From Scenedesmus sp. PABB004 (Eukaryota): a stretch of 64,000 nt of DNA. The DNA lies in the NCBI GenBank assembly GCA_014905635.1, contig JABVCE010000005.1, positions 372,001 to 436,000 on the forward strand. The letters are read 5' to 3'. The notes below the pieces were generated by a model, which was given only the letters and a program-made list of their open reading frames with translations, ran no database searches and had not been told where the DNA came from. A program made the translations under genes and the position numbers. Below are positions 23,301 through 34,806 of this stretch, piece after piece. Within the stretch, counting starts at the first letter, position 1. Every line of letters starts with the position of its first letter.

Positions 23301-24506
23301 CTGCCGCTCGTGCAGCAGCGCCTCGCGGCGGCGGCGACGGCACAGCAGGGCGGAGCCGACGGCGTGGCGGTGCTCGCAGCGCGCCTGCTAGAGCGCCTGC
23401 GCTGCCAGCCGCCGGCGGCGCTGGCGGCGGCGCTGCGCGCGTCGCTCGGCGCCGCGCTGCCGCGCCTGAGCTTGCACCAGCTCGTGCTGGGCCTGCACGC
23501 GTTCGTCGCGCTGGGCCTGCCGGCGCCGCAGCTGGCCGCCGACGCGGCCGCGGAGGTGTTGCGGCGGCTCGCGGCGCCGCACGGCGGCGCGGGGCTGCCG
23601 TTTGACCTGCGCGTGATGCTGCTCTGGTCGCTGCTGGCCGCGCGCCACGCGGCGGGCCGCGACAGCGCCGCGTGCCAGCGCCTGCTCGCGCGGCTGGTCG
23701 CGGGCGTGGCGCCCGCGCCGGGCGACTCCCCCGCGCAGGAGCGGCGCTGGCGCCGCCAGGCGCGCCAGCTCGCGGCGCGGCCGCAGCTGCAGCAGCTGGC
23801 GGTGCAGAGCCTGGAGCTGCTGGCCACGCCGCGCTTCCGCGCGCTGCGCACGGCGCTGTGCAGCCGCGGCGGCGTCCGCCTGGACGAGCGCGCGCTCGTG
23901 CGGCGCCTGGCGCGCCTGTCTGAGCTGCTGCTCGCCGCGCCGGCGGGCGCTGCGCCCGGCCGGACGCGGCAGCGCGCGGAGCTGCTGGCGGGCGGGCCCG
24001 CGCGCGCGGCGCACCTGCTGGCCGAGCGCGCGGCGGCGGCGGGCGCGCAGGGCCCCGACGGCGACGAGCTGCAGGAGCTGGCGCGCCTGCTGCCGCTGTG
24101 GCTGCAGCAGCAGCTGCACGAGGCGGGCCTGCGCCGCGTGGCGGAGGAGCTCACGGCCGCGGGCGTGGCGCCGGGCCGGCTGCGCCTGCGGCGCCTCGCC
24201 AACGGCGACCCTGCACTGCTGCTCGCGCCCGCGCGGCGCGACGGTGCGGGCGTCGCGGTGGTGCTGGAGGCGGGCGCCGCCCGCGCCGCGGGCACCGGCC
24301 GGCCGCTGGGCCCCGCGCTCGCGCGCGATGCGGCGCTGGCGGCGGGCGGCCACGCCGTGTACGTGATGCCGCTGGCCGCCTGGCTGCCCGCGTGGGCGGC
24401 GGGCCGGCACGAGCGGGCGCGGGGCGACGACGAGGGCGGCGCCGATCCGGAGGCCGCGGCCGCGCTGCTGCAGGGGCTGCTGGCCGCGGCGGCGGCGCGT
24501 GCCTGA
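20305..24506 (+). CDS. Octotricopeptide-repeat (OPR) organellar RNA-binding protein with degenerate C-terminal RAP domain
   Basis: Exons 20305-20460, 20579-20800 and 20958-24506. Helical repeats include FTPQGVANTCWALSKL, YKPQEVANLLSACARL, WTPQELSMLLWGCAVL and EPEDTCHCLWALTKL. RAP-like tail PLGPALARDAALAAGGHAVYVMPLAAW. TGTAA at 24576. Confidence 0.8.
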
Positions 24507-24575
24507 CGCGCTGCTGCTGCTGCGCTGTACCATCACGTCTGGGCGTGCTCTGCAGGACGTTCGCGACACGCAGGA

Positions 24576-24580
24576 TGTAA
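24576..24580 (+). terminator. Poly(A) signal TGTAA (OPR gene)
   Basis: About 70 nt after the stop. Confidence 0.7.
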
Positions 24581-25001
24581 CGCAGGAAGGGCGTTGCAGC
24601 GCCCGCCATGCCAGCCCGCGCGGGCCGCCAGCACCCCGCCAAATCGGTCCGCGCCGGTGCCTCTGCGGCACCGCCCTGGCGCAAGCAAAGCAGAGAGAGA
24701 GAGAGCACGGCCGCCGCATCGGCGGCAGCCGGCATTTCTGCACGCGTCCGCCCCCTCATCGGAGCGCGCGCACGTCAGGCCCCACGCCCCCTCCCCCCGC
24801 CCGCGCCCGCAGTGCAACCGCCCCAACCGCCGCCGCGCCCCCGCGGCGCGCCCCGGCCGCCGCCGCGGCTCGCCGGCGCCACGCGCGCGCCGGGCCCGCC
24901 GGCGCGCCTGCGCCGGCGGCACCTGCGCCGGCCGCGCGGCGCGGCCGGGGCGCGCCTCCAGCTGCCGCTGCTGCTGCTGCCGCTGCTGCCGACGCCGGGG
25001 C

Positions 25002-25616
25002 CTAGTCCATGCGGCCCTTGAGCGTGCGCGCGACGACCTTGTCCTTGGTGATGACGTACACCACTGCGCCCCAGCCCGCCAGCGCGTCGCGGTCGATGCC
25101 GGAGAGGAGGCACTGGCTGGTGACCTCGAACAGCTCCTCCGCGCCCAGCCCCGGGCGCCACATGCTCTCGCACATGCCGAACAGCGACTCGCTGTTGGTG
25201 CCCGTCACGATGAAGTCCTTGGCCGTCTCCAGCGCCCCGATGGAGTCCATGCCGCAGATGTAGGGGCTGCCGTCGGGCTCGAGGCCGGCAACCACTGGCG
25301 ATGCAAAGTAGGGCCCGAAGCGCTTCTCGTACAGCATGGCGCTCAGCAGCGCGCCAAAGGTGGAGGGCTTGATGTCTCGCTCCTCCCGGAGCTTGTACAG
25401 GTTGTGCCGCATCACCAGGCGCTGGTGCAGCGTCTGCGTGTCCGACGCGAGCCCGCCCAGGCCGACGAAGAGCCGGTCGTGGATCTGGTAGACCTTCTTG
25501 TAGTCCGTGGTCATGGTCTGCAGCTGCACGCCGAAGCGGAGGTCGCTGCCGATGGCCACGCAGTCCGCGCCGGCCATGGCGATGATGGCCGATCCATTGT
25601 ACTCGAAAATGCTCAT
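25002..25616 (-). CDS. PBC1: 20S proteasome subunit beta type-3, intronless
   Basis: Full-length 204-aa ORF: MSIFEYNGSAIIAM..IGSDLRFGVQ..LYEKRFGPYF..DRDALAGWG..RTLKGRMD. Confidence 0.97.
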   Translation of the reverse strand: MSIFEYNGSAIIAMAGADCVAIGSDLRFGVQLQTMTTDYKKVYQIHDRLFVGLGGLASDTQTLHQRLVMRHNLYKLREERDIKPSTFGALLSAMLYEKRFGPYFASPVVAGLEPDGSPYICGMDSIGALETAKDFIVTGTNSESLFGMCESMWRPGLGAEELFEVTSQCLLSGIDRDALAGWGAVVYVITKDKVVARTLKGRMD

Positions 25617-25917
25617 GACGGCACGCCAGGCGCCGCTCGCCTGCGCCGGAAGCGCTGCCGGGACCGAGAGCGTGCGTGCTGGGGCGGCGGGGGACTGGCG
25701 GGCGGCCGGGGGCGGCCTCTCCTCATGCGCGGCGGCGCAGCGGCAGTCGGCCGGGCGGCGCGGCTTCCGCCGCCGCGCGTCACAACTGAACCCGCCGCCG
25801 CTGGGTTAAGCGGGGTTAAGCGGCGTCACGGCACCCCCGCCGCACACACAACGTCAACCGTCGCCCCTGCGCCCAGCGCCGGCAGTTGGCGCCAACCGCC
25901 GCTGCTGCGAGACGCGG

Positions 25918-28199
25918 CTAGCGCAGCAGGCGCAGCCCGGCGAGGCAGAAGAGCGCGGGCAGCTGGGAGGTGCTCTGGAAGTCGATGCGGTCGACCTGCG
26001 CCGGCAGCGCGCCGTCATAGTCGCAACGAAAGGCCCCCAGCGGCAGCGTGAACTCGGCCCAGCCGCCCGCGGCGCGCGCGGTCGGCGTGGCGTTGCCCGT
26101 GCGCAGCTCGGAGTTGCAGTACTGCGCGCGTGCGGCGCGCGGCGCGCGCGCAGGATCGGCGGCGGCGGCACACGGCGGGCGCCGCAGGTGGGTGGCCAGC
26201 CGCTGGCAGCGCAACAGGCAGGCGCAGCCAGACCTTCTTGAACTCAAAGCTCCAGATGAAAACCTTGAGGTCCACCAGCTGCGGCCGTGCGCACAGGCCG
26301 GCGGCGGCTGCTGTCAGACTCCGAGCGGCGGCTGAAAGGCCTGGCAAGCCTGGGCGGCAGGCCCGTCAGCGGCGCTGCCCGCCGCCGGCGCCGCCGCGCC
26401 CGCCCGCCCGCACCTGGCCCGCGGGCGTCGCGACGCGCGCCGCGTCCGCCGGGCGCGCGTCCGACTTGAGCCAGACCCGCACCGCGCGCACGTTGGCAAA
26501 GGGCTGCAGGCCCGGCAGGAAGCCCTGCACGACTGCGCGGCGGCGTTACGTGCGGTGGCGCAAGCTGCGGCCGCCCCGTGCCGCGCCGCGGCTCCGCGCA
26601 CCGTGCAGCGCTGCGCGGCCCACCGGCAAAGGAGAGCCCGCCACCCTCGCTCAGCTGCACGCACGTCGCCGCGCCGCCACCGGGCGCCGCGCCTGCGCGC
26701 CGCGCGCGCGCGGGGCGCCCGCCGCGTCGGCGGCGCGCCTCGGAGGCGCCCGCGCCCGCGCGCTGCTGAGCTCGAGCCGCGCCGCGCCACATGGTCACGC
26801 ACCCGGCACGGCGTAGCGCGAATACTTTGCAAAGTAGGGGAACCAGCTCCACCCGGGCATCGTGCCGTCGGGCCCGTAGATCGTGCCGCGGTCGATGTAC
26901 CCCGCGGCGGCGGGCGCGCCGGGCAGCGGCGCGGCGCTGCCGCAGTCGACCGGCCGCGCCTCGAGCATCACCTACCGCGCGGCGCCGGGCGGCGGCGCCG
27001 GCGGCGGCGGCGGTGTTGGCGCCTGCCAGTCGACTGCGCGACGCAGCGCTGGCGCCAGCGCCGGCCCCGACGCCGGCCGGCGCGCGCCTGCCCGAAGAGC
27101 GGGTGCGCCAGCTGCTCAAAGGCAAAGAAGCTCAGGTCGAAGTGGGCAATGCCTGCGCGGCGTGACGAGGGCGAGCGGCGAGCGGGTCGGCTGTGCTGGC
27201 GGCACGATAGGGGCCTGCCGCTGGCGCACGTGGCGGCGCGGCGCATCCGTCCGCGCGCGCGCTGGGCCGCCCACCTGCGGGGCCGCCGCAGCAGACCTGC
27301 TGGCGGCGGACCTCGCCGCCCGCCTTCACGCCGGGCGCGCCGTCAGGCAGCACCTGACCGGTGCGGCGGCCCGCGGGGCGGTGGCGGTGGCTCGGCCCCG
27401 CGCGGCCCCGGTCGACGGCGCGCGCGGCCGGCCGGCCTGGCAAGCAAGCGCGCCCCACGCGCGCGCGCGCCTGGCGGCAGGGGCAGGTGTCGATGATGCG
27501 CACGACAAGCTCGCGCCGCGGCTCCGCGCAGCGCGTGTACAGCAGGCCCTGCGCCTCGGCGGCGTTGCCGGGGAAGGGCCGGCCCTCCGAGTCGGTGGAG
27601 CGCGGGGAGATTGGGGGCAGGTAGATGAAGTCCGAGGAGTTGAGCCTCAGCGGCGCGCCCGCGTTGTCTGCGCGCACGGCGGGCGGGCGCGCGGGCGCGC
27701 GCTGCGCGCGCTGCGGGGCTGCGGGCCGCGCGCGGCGGCGCAGGGCGCACGAGCGCGGCCGCGGGCGCACCCAGGACCAGGCCCTCGCGGCAGCGCACGG
27801 CGTAGCACCGCCCGCAGCTGCCCGCGTAGTCGGCGTTGGCGTCGGCCGCGGCGGCCACCGCGTCGCTCCGGAACGGCACCTGGCCGTCCGAGTTGGTGAA
27901 GCCGCAGGAGCCGAACGCCAGCACGCCGAAGCTGCCCTCACCGCGCACGGCATCAAACGGCGCGGCGAAGCTCGACGGCGCGCTGCGGCGGCGGCGCACC
28001 GAGGCGCCGCGCGGCGCGGCGCGTAGGCGGCCGCTGGGCGCGCGCCGCGCCAGCGAGCGGGCGGCATCGGGGCGCGCCGCCCAGCCGCTCCGCACCCGTA
28101 GTATGTGGCGCGCGCAGGGCGCCACGCCTGCGCCAGCGCCGGCCGCGCCGCCGCGAGCAGCACTCCGCAGGCCAGCGACAGTGCCAGCGCGCGCGCCAT
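25918..28199 (-). CDS. Secreted expansin-like (DPBB/GH45-like) protein with C-terminal putative carbohydrate-binding jelly-roll domain, about 10 exons
   Basis: Signal peptide (MARALALSLACGVLLAAARPALA), then ARATYYG, GSCGF, GSCGRCYAVRC, VVRIIDTCPC, HFDLS and RPVDC. The C-terminus has GWSWFPY, GGGLSF and GWAEFTLPLGAF..VDRIDFQ. Confidence 0.8.
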
Positions 28200-28612
28200 G
28201 GTGGCTGGGGGCTGCGGGTGGGCGGGCGGACGGGCGGGGAGTGTGGCGGCTGCGCGGCGGCGGCGGCGGGCGAGCGACGAGCGCGCGTTGCGCTCGGCGG
28301 GTGCGGTTTTGTCTCCGTCACGAGCGCGCTCGCGGCGCCACGCCACGCAGCCCAAGGCACGCAGGCGACCGTGCCAAGGCGGCGCGGGCTGGCCGCCGGG
28401 CCCGCGGCCGCCGGCCGGCCCGCCCGCCCGAAGCGCAGCGGCGGCGGCGCGGCAAGTAACCGGGTTACGCCGCCCGGCCTCGCTCCCGTCCCACCCCGTC
28501 CACTTCTCCCGCACCGGCGCCACCTCACCGGGCCAATCAGCGTGCCCCTGGCCAGCTCGCAGGCGCTAGGCGCGCAGCATCACTCGCCGGGCGCAGCCCG
28601 CGCGCGAGCGCC

Positions 28613-31600
28613 ATGCGCTTCGGGCGCAGCAATGGTGGGCATGAGAAGAAACCCTTCAACCTTCGCACCGCGCTGGTGGGGGACTTCGACTACGGCTTCC
28701 TGTGCATGGTGCGCCGATGCACGTGGGCAGCCAGCGCCCAGCGCGCGCCTCCCGCGCCGGCTTGTGCCGCGTGCTCGCAATGCTCGTGCTGCGCGCCATC
28801 TACAGCCGCGGCGCCAGGCCAGGGCAGCGGGCGCGAGGGCTTCTTCTGCGCGGGCAACAGTGGGACGCCAGGCTCGCGCCCGCAGCAGCGCGCCTTGAGC
28901 CCGCCAAGGCCGCGCCCCTGACTCCCGCCGCTCCCCTGTCACTGCCGCCTCGCCCGCCGCTCGGCGCCGCCGCGGTCACCCGCGACGCTGCCGCGCCGCG
29001 CGCTGCCGCGCCGCGTCTCGCGCAGCCGCGCTGGCCGTTCTGCCGCAAGCCGGGCTCCAAGAACTCGGAGCCTCCCTTCTACGGCATCAACCAGTCGCTG
29101 GGCGTCCTCACCGCGCTCATCATGGGCCTGCAGCACGCGCTCGCGATGGCGGGCGGGCTGGTGACGCCGCCGCTGCTGGTGGGCATGCTCAGCGACGACC
29201 CCTTCACCAAGAGCTGTGAGCCGCGCACACGCACGCAGGCGGGCGGGCGGGCTGGCGGGCGGGCATCCCCAGCCGCGGGCGGGCCGGCGCGACGCGCGGC
29301 GCCCACATGTCGCGCGCCGACACGTCGCGCGCCGCCGCCGCCGCCGCCGCCCTGCGCTGCGCTGCCCGCAGACCTCATCCAGGCGTCGCTGCTCGTGTGC
29401 GGCATCACCACGTTCATCCAGGTCACGGGCTTTGACATCCCGCGCACGCCGTTCAAGTGGGGCAGCGGGCTGCTGAGCGTCATGGGCGTCAGCTTTGCCT
29501 CCGTGCCGCTCATGACGTCGGTGGTCAAGTCGCTCATTGTGAGCGCCGCGCCGCACGCAGGGGGCCCCAGCCCTGGCCACGCACGCGCGCCGCGCCGCGC
29601 CGCGCGGCCGGGGGCCCTAAACCCGAGCGCCGCGCCCGCCCGCCGCCGCCGCCGCCGCCGCCGCCGCGCGCCGCCCCGCAGGAGCAGGGCCACACGTTTG
29701 ACGAGGCGTTTGGCAAGATGCTCGGCACCGCCGCCATCTGCGCGGTCTGGCCCGTGCTGCTGTCATTCATGCCCTACAAGGTGCGCTGTGGGCGGCGTTT
29801 GTTCAATGGGGGCGAAATCACGGCCGCAGCGGGGCACGCGGGCACGGGGCGGAACGCGGCCTCCACGGCGGGTCCGCACCCGCCCCACACGCACGCACAC
29901 GCGCCGCTGCCGCCGCCGCCGCCGCGCAGGCGCTGCGCCGGACGTTCCCGCCCATCGTGACGGTGCGGCGCGGCGCGGGGCCGGCCGCCGCCGCCGCCGC
30001 CGCCAGCGGCTCCAGCCGCTGCCCGCGCCGCTGCTCTGCGCTGCCCACCACGCGCCTGCGCCACACCGCAGGGCGTCACAATCTTCCTCATCGGCGCAAA
30101 GCTCGTCGCGACCGGCTTCAAGGTGCGCCGCCGCCGCGCACGCCGCCAGCCGCGCCGCGCGAGCTGCTGGCGGCGCGCGGCCGCCGTGCAGCCGCGCAGC
30201 CGCGCGGCCACGCCACCGCAACGCCGCGCCGCGCCGCCGCGCCGCCCCACGCCCCGCGCCCTGCACCCTGCGCGCCCCGCCGCAGTACTGGGGCGGCGGC
30301 GTGTTCTGCGGCGAGAACTACAAGCACCTCCCCGCGCCCACGCTGGACTGCCTCATCCCGGGGCCCAACGGCACGACCGTGACGGCCCCGTGCTTCAATG
30401 CCAACATCGCTCCCATGTGCAGGGACAACGGCGAGGTCGTGCTGCCCTACGGCTCGGGGCCCTACGTCGGCATGGGCCTGCTGGTGCGCGCCGCGGCCAC
30501 TGCGCCGCGGCGCTCCGGGCTGGCGGGGGCGGGCTCCTCCGGCGGCCGCGCGCCGCTCCCCTGAACCCCGCCGCCCCCGCCGCCGGCCCCGCGGCACCTC
30601 CGTCCCATCTATTCATCCATCTGTCTGCAGGTATTCTTGAGCATCATCATCATCGAGATGTTTGGCTCCCCCTTCATGCGCAACGCGAGCCTCGTGCTCG
30701 CGCTCCTGATCGGCATCGCCGTCGCCGCCGCGGTGCGCGTCGACGGCAAGCGCTTCCTCACCGGCACCATTGTCCGCGCTGCGCCGCCGATCGTGTTCCT
30801 GTGGGTCAAGACCTTCCCGCTCGGTGCGCGTGCCGCGGGCTGGGCTGGGCGGCGGGGCTGGCCCATGGGCCAGCGCGCGTGCGGCGCGCCGCCGCGTCGG
30901 TTTGGCTGTGTTGACGCCGCCCGACCCTGTTGCGTGACGCCCAAACCCTGTCACGCGCACAGGGTTTTACCCGCCCGCGGTGCTGCCCTTCCTCATCGTC
31001 TTCAGCATCACCAGCGTGGAGACCGTCGGCGACGTCACCGCGACCGCTGAGCTCTCGCTGCTCGACGTCGACGACGAGGCCCACGTGCGCCGCATCCGCG
31101 GCGGTGAGCCGCGCGCGCGGCGGCAGGCTGGCGCAGCGGCGCGCTGCCCGCGCTGCCCGCGCCGCCTGCGCGCGCGCCGCCGCCAACGCGGCCTGCCCGC
31201 CGCCCGCGCCTGCACGACGGCAGGCATCCTGCACGACGGCATCAGCGGCGTCTTCTCCGCGCTCTCCGGCTCAATGCCGCTGACCACGTTTGCCCAGGCG
31301 CGCGCGCGCGCGCACGGCTGGCCGCCGCTGCAGCCTCCCCGCCGCGCGCCGGCCCTGGCCGTATCGCCCCGCGCGCCTGCTGACCGCGGCCGCAAATGTG
31401 TTCCAACGCGCCGCGCAGAACAACGGCGTCATCGCGCTGACGAATGTCGCTTCCCGCCAGGCGGGCTGGGCCGCGGCGGGCTGGCTGTTCCTGTGGGGCC
31501 TCATCGGCAAGTTTGGCGGCCTCGTGCTCACCATCCCGCACTGCGTGCTCGGCGGCGCCACGTCGTTCCTCTTTGCCTCTGTCGTCACCAGGTGCGCCGC

Positions 31601-32346
31601 GCGCCGCGCGCCGCGCCGCGCCGCCGTGCCGCGAGGCCGCGCACGCGCACGCGCTCGCGCCGCCCGCCGCCCACCACCCCACACCCACACAACACACAAC
31701 ACACACAGCGGCATCAAGATCCTCATGATGGGCGACGGCTTCACCCGCCGCAACCGCTTCATCGTCTCCTGCTCCCTCGCGTTCGGCCTCGGCGTGTCGT
31801 TTGTTCCGCAGTGGGCGACCAACGCGCTGTGGCCGGCCAACCCCGCGGCCAGCTCCGGCGCGGCGTCAGTGCGGCTCGCGATCCTGCTGGTGCTCGAGAC
31901 AGGTGAGCGGCCCGCTCACGGCGCACGCGGCGCGCGCCCGCACCACCCGCCGCCCGCGGCGCGGCCGGGCGAACGCCGCCGCCGCCGCCGCCGCGCCAGG
32001 GTTTTGCCTCGGCGCCATCGTGGCCTTCCTGCTCAACCTGGCCATCCCCAACGAGACGGCCGCCGCCATCCCCAAGCACGCGGACGCGGCCAGGCCGCGC
32101 CCCACCCGGGTGAGGCGCGCGCACGCGCGCGCGCGGGCGCGGCGAGCCGCCGCGCGGCGGGCACCGCGCTGCCCGTGCGCTGCCGCTGCGCCGCGGCGTG
32201 ATGCGAGCGGCTCGCGCGCTGCCCCGCACGCCCCGGGCGCGCAGGATGACGCCATGCCGCCGTACGGCGTCGACGACTCGGCCAAGGGCACCATGCTGGA
32301 CTCGCCCGACACCATGAGGATGGCCAAGGACGTGGAGGCCATCTGA
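28613..32346 (+). CDS. Uric acid/xanthine permease, NCS2/NAT family, UapA-like, about 14 exons
   Basis: LVGDFDYGFL, PPFYGINQ, GLQHALAM, GSGLLSVMGVSF, ETVGD, the NAT signature TTFAQNNGVIALTNVASR and FTRRNRFI. All splice phases join in frame. Confidence 0.93.
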
Positions 32347-33222
32347 CGTGGAGGCCATCTGACTGCCAAGGACGTGGAGGCCATCTGACGGCGACGCACC
32401 GATGATGGCGCCAGCGGGCGCGCCCGGCCCGCTGCGCGGGGTTCGGGCTGCGTCTTGTGTTGCTCCCCTGTGCACTGTGCACTGAAACTGGTGTGTGTGT
32501 GTGCACGCAGAGCCGGCTCGCCGCCTGGCGTCCCTGAATCCGGCTGGGTGGTGAGGACTTGCTGCGTGACGCATGTCGGAGATAGATCCAGCGCTTTGCC
32601 GGCGGCTCTGAGGCAGGCCGTGCCGACAGGACGAGCCACGTTCGTGACCCGTGTGCGCCAGTGAGCGAGTGATGTATAGCCCGGCGGCACTGCTGCCGGC
32701 TTGGCTTGTGTGTGCAAGCCACCCTGAGCACTCGTGTGCAATCAAGCGGCACTTGCGCTCGAGCGCGCGTGCCGCACCGCCACGCGCCACCCCCCCCCCC
32801 CCACACGCTGCGAGCCAAGGTTGTCTGCCGGCGCTCCAGCAGGCGGCTGGCTTGCAGCAGAGCTCGAGTCCCCGCCCGGCGGTGCCGGCGGGCCGCCGCC
32901 CGCGCGTGCACCGCTGCGCTGCGCCCCGGCGGAGCCGCTCCGGCTCAAAACCGCTGCTGCGCTCCCGCGGTCACCGCTGCCCCGCTGCGCCCACTCGCAC
33001 TCCCCAGCTCGCCGTAGCCGCTGTCCGTTTGCTCCGAGCTCAGCCGCGCACCTCTCCATCAGCTCCTGCCCCCGGCCGCTCCCGCCCCGCAGCAGCCCCC
33101 CGCGCCGGCGGATCAGGCGGCGCTCGGTCCGGCCTGGGTCGGGGTCCCGGCAGGCGGCGGCGACCGCGCGGCCCGCGGCGGCGACAGCAGCAGCGGCCGC
33201 GGCGGCCGGCCCGCGCGGCGCG

Positions 33223-34377
33223 ATGGCGGCGGCGCCGCGGGCGCGGCTGGACGAGGAGAACGAGATCGCCAAGGGCCGCGTGATCACGCTCACCTCCAAC
33301 ATCTCGCGCGGCGGCGCGCCGGCAAAGACGCTCGCGCAGCGCTGGCTCGCGTTTGTCGACGCCGCGCAAAACGGCTCGCCCGCGAGCGCGGAGGACGCGT
33401 ACTATCGCTTCCTCCTCGCCCTGGCCGACATGGAGCTGCTGGTGCGCGGCCGCGGCGGTGGCCGTGCGCGGCGGCGGCAGCAGCGGCACCGAGCGCCCCA
33501 CGCACCGCCGCCGCCGCTGCGCCGCTGCGCCGCCGCGCCGCAGGGGCGCAAGCTCGCGGCCACACAGGCGGCGAGCAGGCGGGAGCTGGAGACGTACGAG
33601 CACAAGCGGCAGGAGCTGGCGGCCAGCATAGCGACGGTGCGCGCCACGGCGCCGCGCGCCCGCCCGCGCGCGCGCCGGCCCCGCCCGCCCCGCCTGCCGC
33701 CCGACGCCGCGCCGCCCGACGCCGCGCCACCCGGCGCCGCGCCCGCGCGGCGCGCCGCGCGCGCCAGGCCAAGGAGGTCATCGAGGCCAAGAAGCAGCAG
33801 CTCGCAGAGGCGCGCCTGTGGCGGCAGCAGCAAGAGGAGTATGAGGTGCGGCGCCGGGGCGCGGCGGCCGGCAATCGGGCGGGGCAGGCTGCGGCCCCGG
33901 GCGCCGCCGCCGCCGCCGCCGCCGCGCGCCGCCGCCCGCCCGCCGCGCGGGCCTCAACACGCCGCCGCGCGCCGCCGCCGCGCGCCGCTGCCGCCGCGCA
34001 GGTGCTGCGGCGGGCCATCACCGCGGTCGCGCCGCGGCACGAGACGCAGGCGGCGATCGACGCGGTCGAGGGCGACATCGCCAGCATACGCGCGTCCATC
34101 GCCCGCCAGAACACCACGTTTGACGTGCGCGCCGCAGCGAGCCGGGGGAGGCGCGCCGCGCCAGCGCCCTGGCGTACGGCCGACCCCGCCGCCCCGCCCG
34201 CTGCCGCGCCGCCCCCAGGTGATCGCCAAGAAGTGCGCCGCGGTGAGGCACCAGGTGGAGGACCTGCTCAACTCCTTCCCGCGCGCCGACGGCGGCGCCG
34301 CGGCGCCGGGCGGCGGCGAGCCGGGCGGCAGCGCCGCCGGCGGCGGCGGCGCGGCGCCCATGGCCGTCGACGGCTGA
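33223..34377 (+). CDS. THOC7: THO complex subunit 7 (THOC7)-like, 5 exons
   Basis: DEENEIAKGRVI and coiled coil RRELETYEHKRQEL..IEAKKQQLAEARLWRQQQEEYEVLRRAITAVAPRHETQ, fitting the THOC7 pattern. Confidence 0.8.
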   Translation: MAAAPRARLDEENEIAKGRVITLTSNISRGGAPAKTLAQRWLAFVDAAQNGSPASAEDAYYRFLLALADMELLVRGRGGGRARRRQQRHRAPHAPPPPLRRCAAAPQGRKLAATQAASRRELETYEHKRQELAASIATVRATAPRARPRARRPRPPRLPPDAAPPDAAPPGAAPARRAARARPRRSSRPRSSSSQRRACGGSSKRSMRCGAGARRPAIGRGRLRPRAPPPPPPPRAAARPPRGPQHAAARRRRAPLPPRRCCGGPSPRSRRGTRRRRRSTRSRATSPAYARPSPARTPRLTCAPQRAGGGAPRQRPGVRPTPPPRPLPRRPQVIAKKCAAVRHQVEDLLNSFPRADGGAAAPGGGEPGGSAAGGGGAAPMAVDG

Positions 34378-34806
34378 GCGCGGCGCGGAGGTGCAAGCAG
34401 CGCGGGCTGGGGCGCGGGCGAGGAACGGCGACCGGGGAGCCCTGGGCCCCGCGACTGCTCCGCTCGCGCCGCTGCTGCTGCCCCGCCCGCGGCCGGCGCG
34501 CACCCAATCGCCTTTCTCGCTTCCGAGTGCCGGCCAGCGGCAGCAGCCGGCCAGGCACGCGGGCGGCAAGCCCACGCACGGCCAGCGGCCGGTGGCAGCA
34601 GCCCCACCGCGCGCCGCCTGGCCCGCGCCCGCACACACCCTGCCAGCAGGCCCGCCCGCCGCGCGTGGCCTGCGCGAGGGGCTTCAGTTGCTTGGCGCTG
34701 CTTCGCCCGTTCGGCGCCGACAGGCCCCCCCGGGCCCCCCGCGCCCGCTCCCCGTGCGGGCCGTCCGGCGGGCAGCCAGCCCTGACAGCGCTGGGGGGCG
34801 GCGGCG

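Noticed and set aside
29615..29624. Telomere-like CCCTAAACCC in a UapA-like intron
   Set aside because: Only about 1.5 units, compatible with chance.
11616..32346. Purine-catabolism gene cluster (ISN1 plus UapA-like permease)
   Set aside because: The two genes are about 15 kb apart with seven unrelated genes between them, so there is no evidence of clustering.
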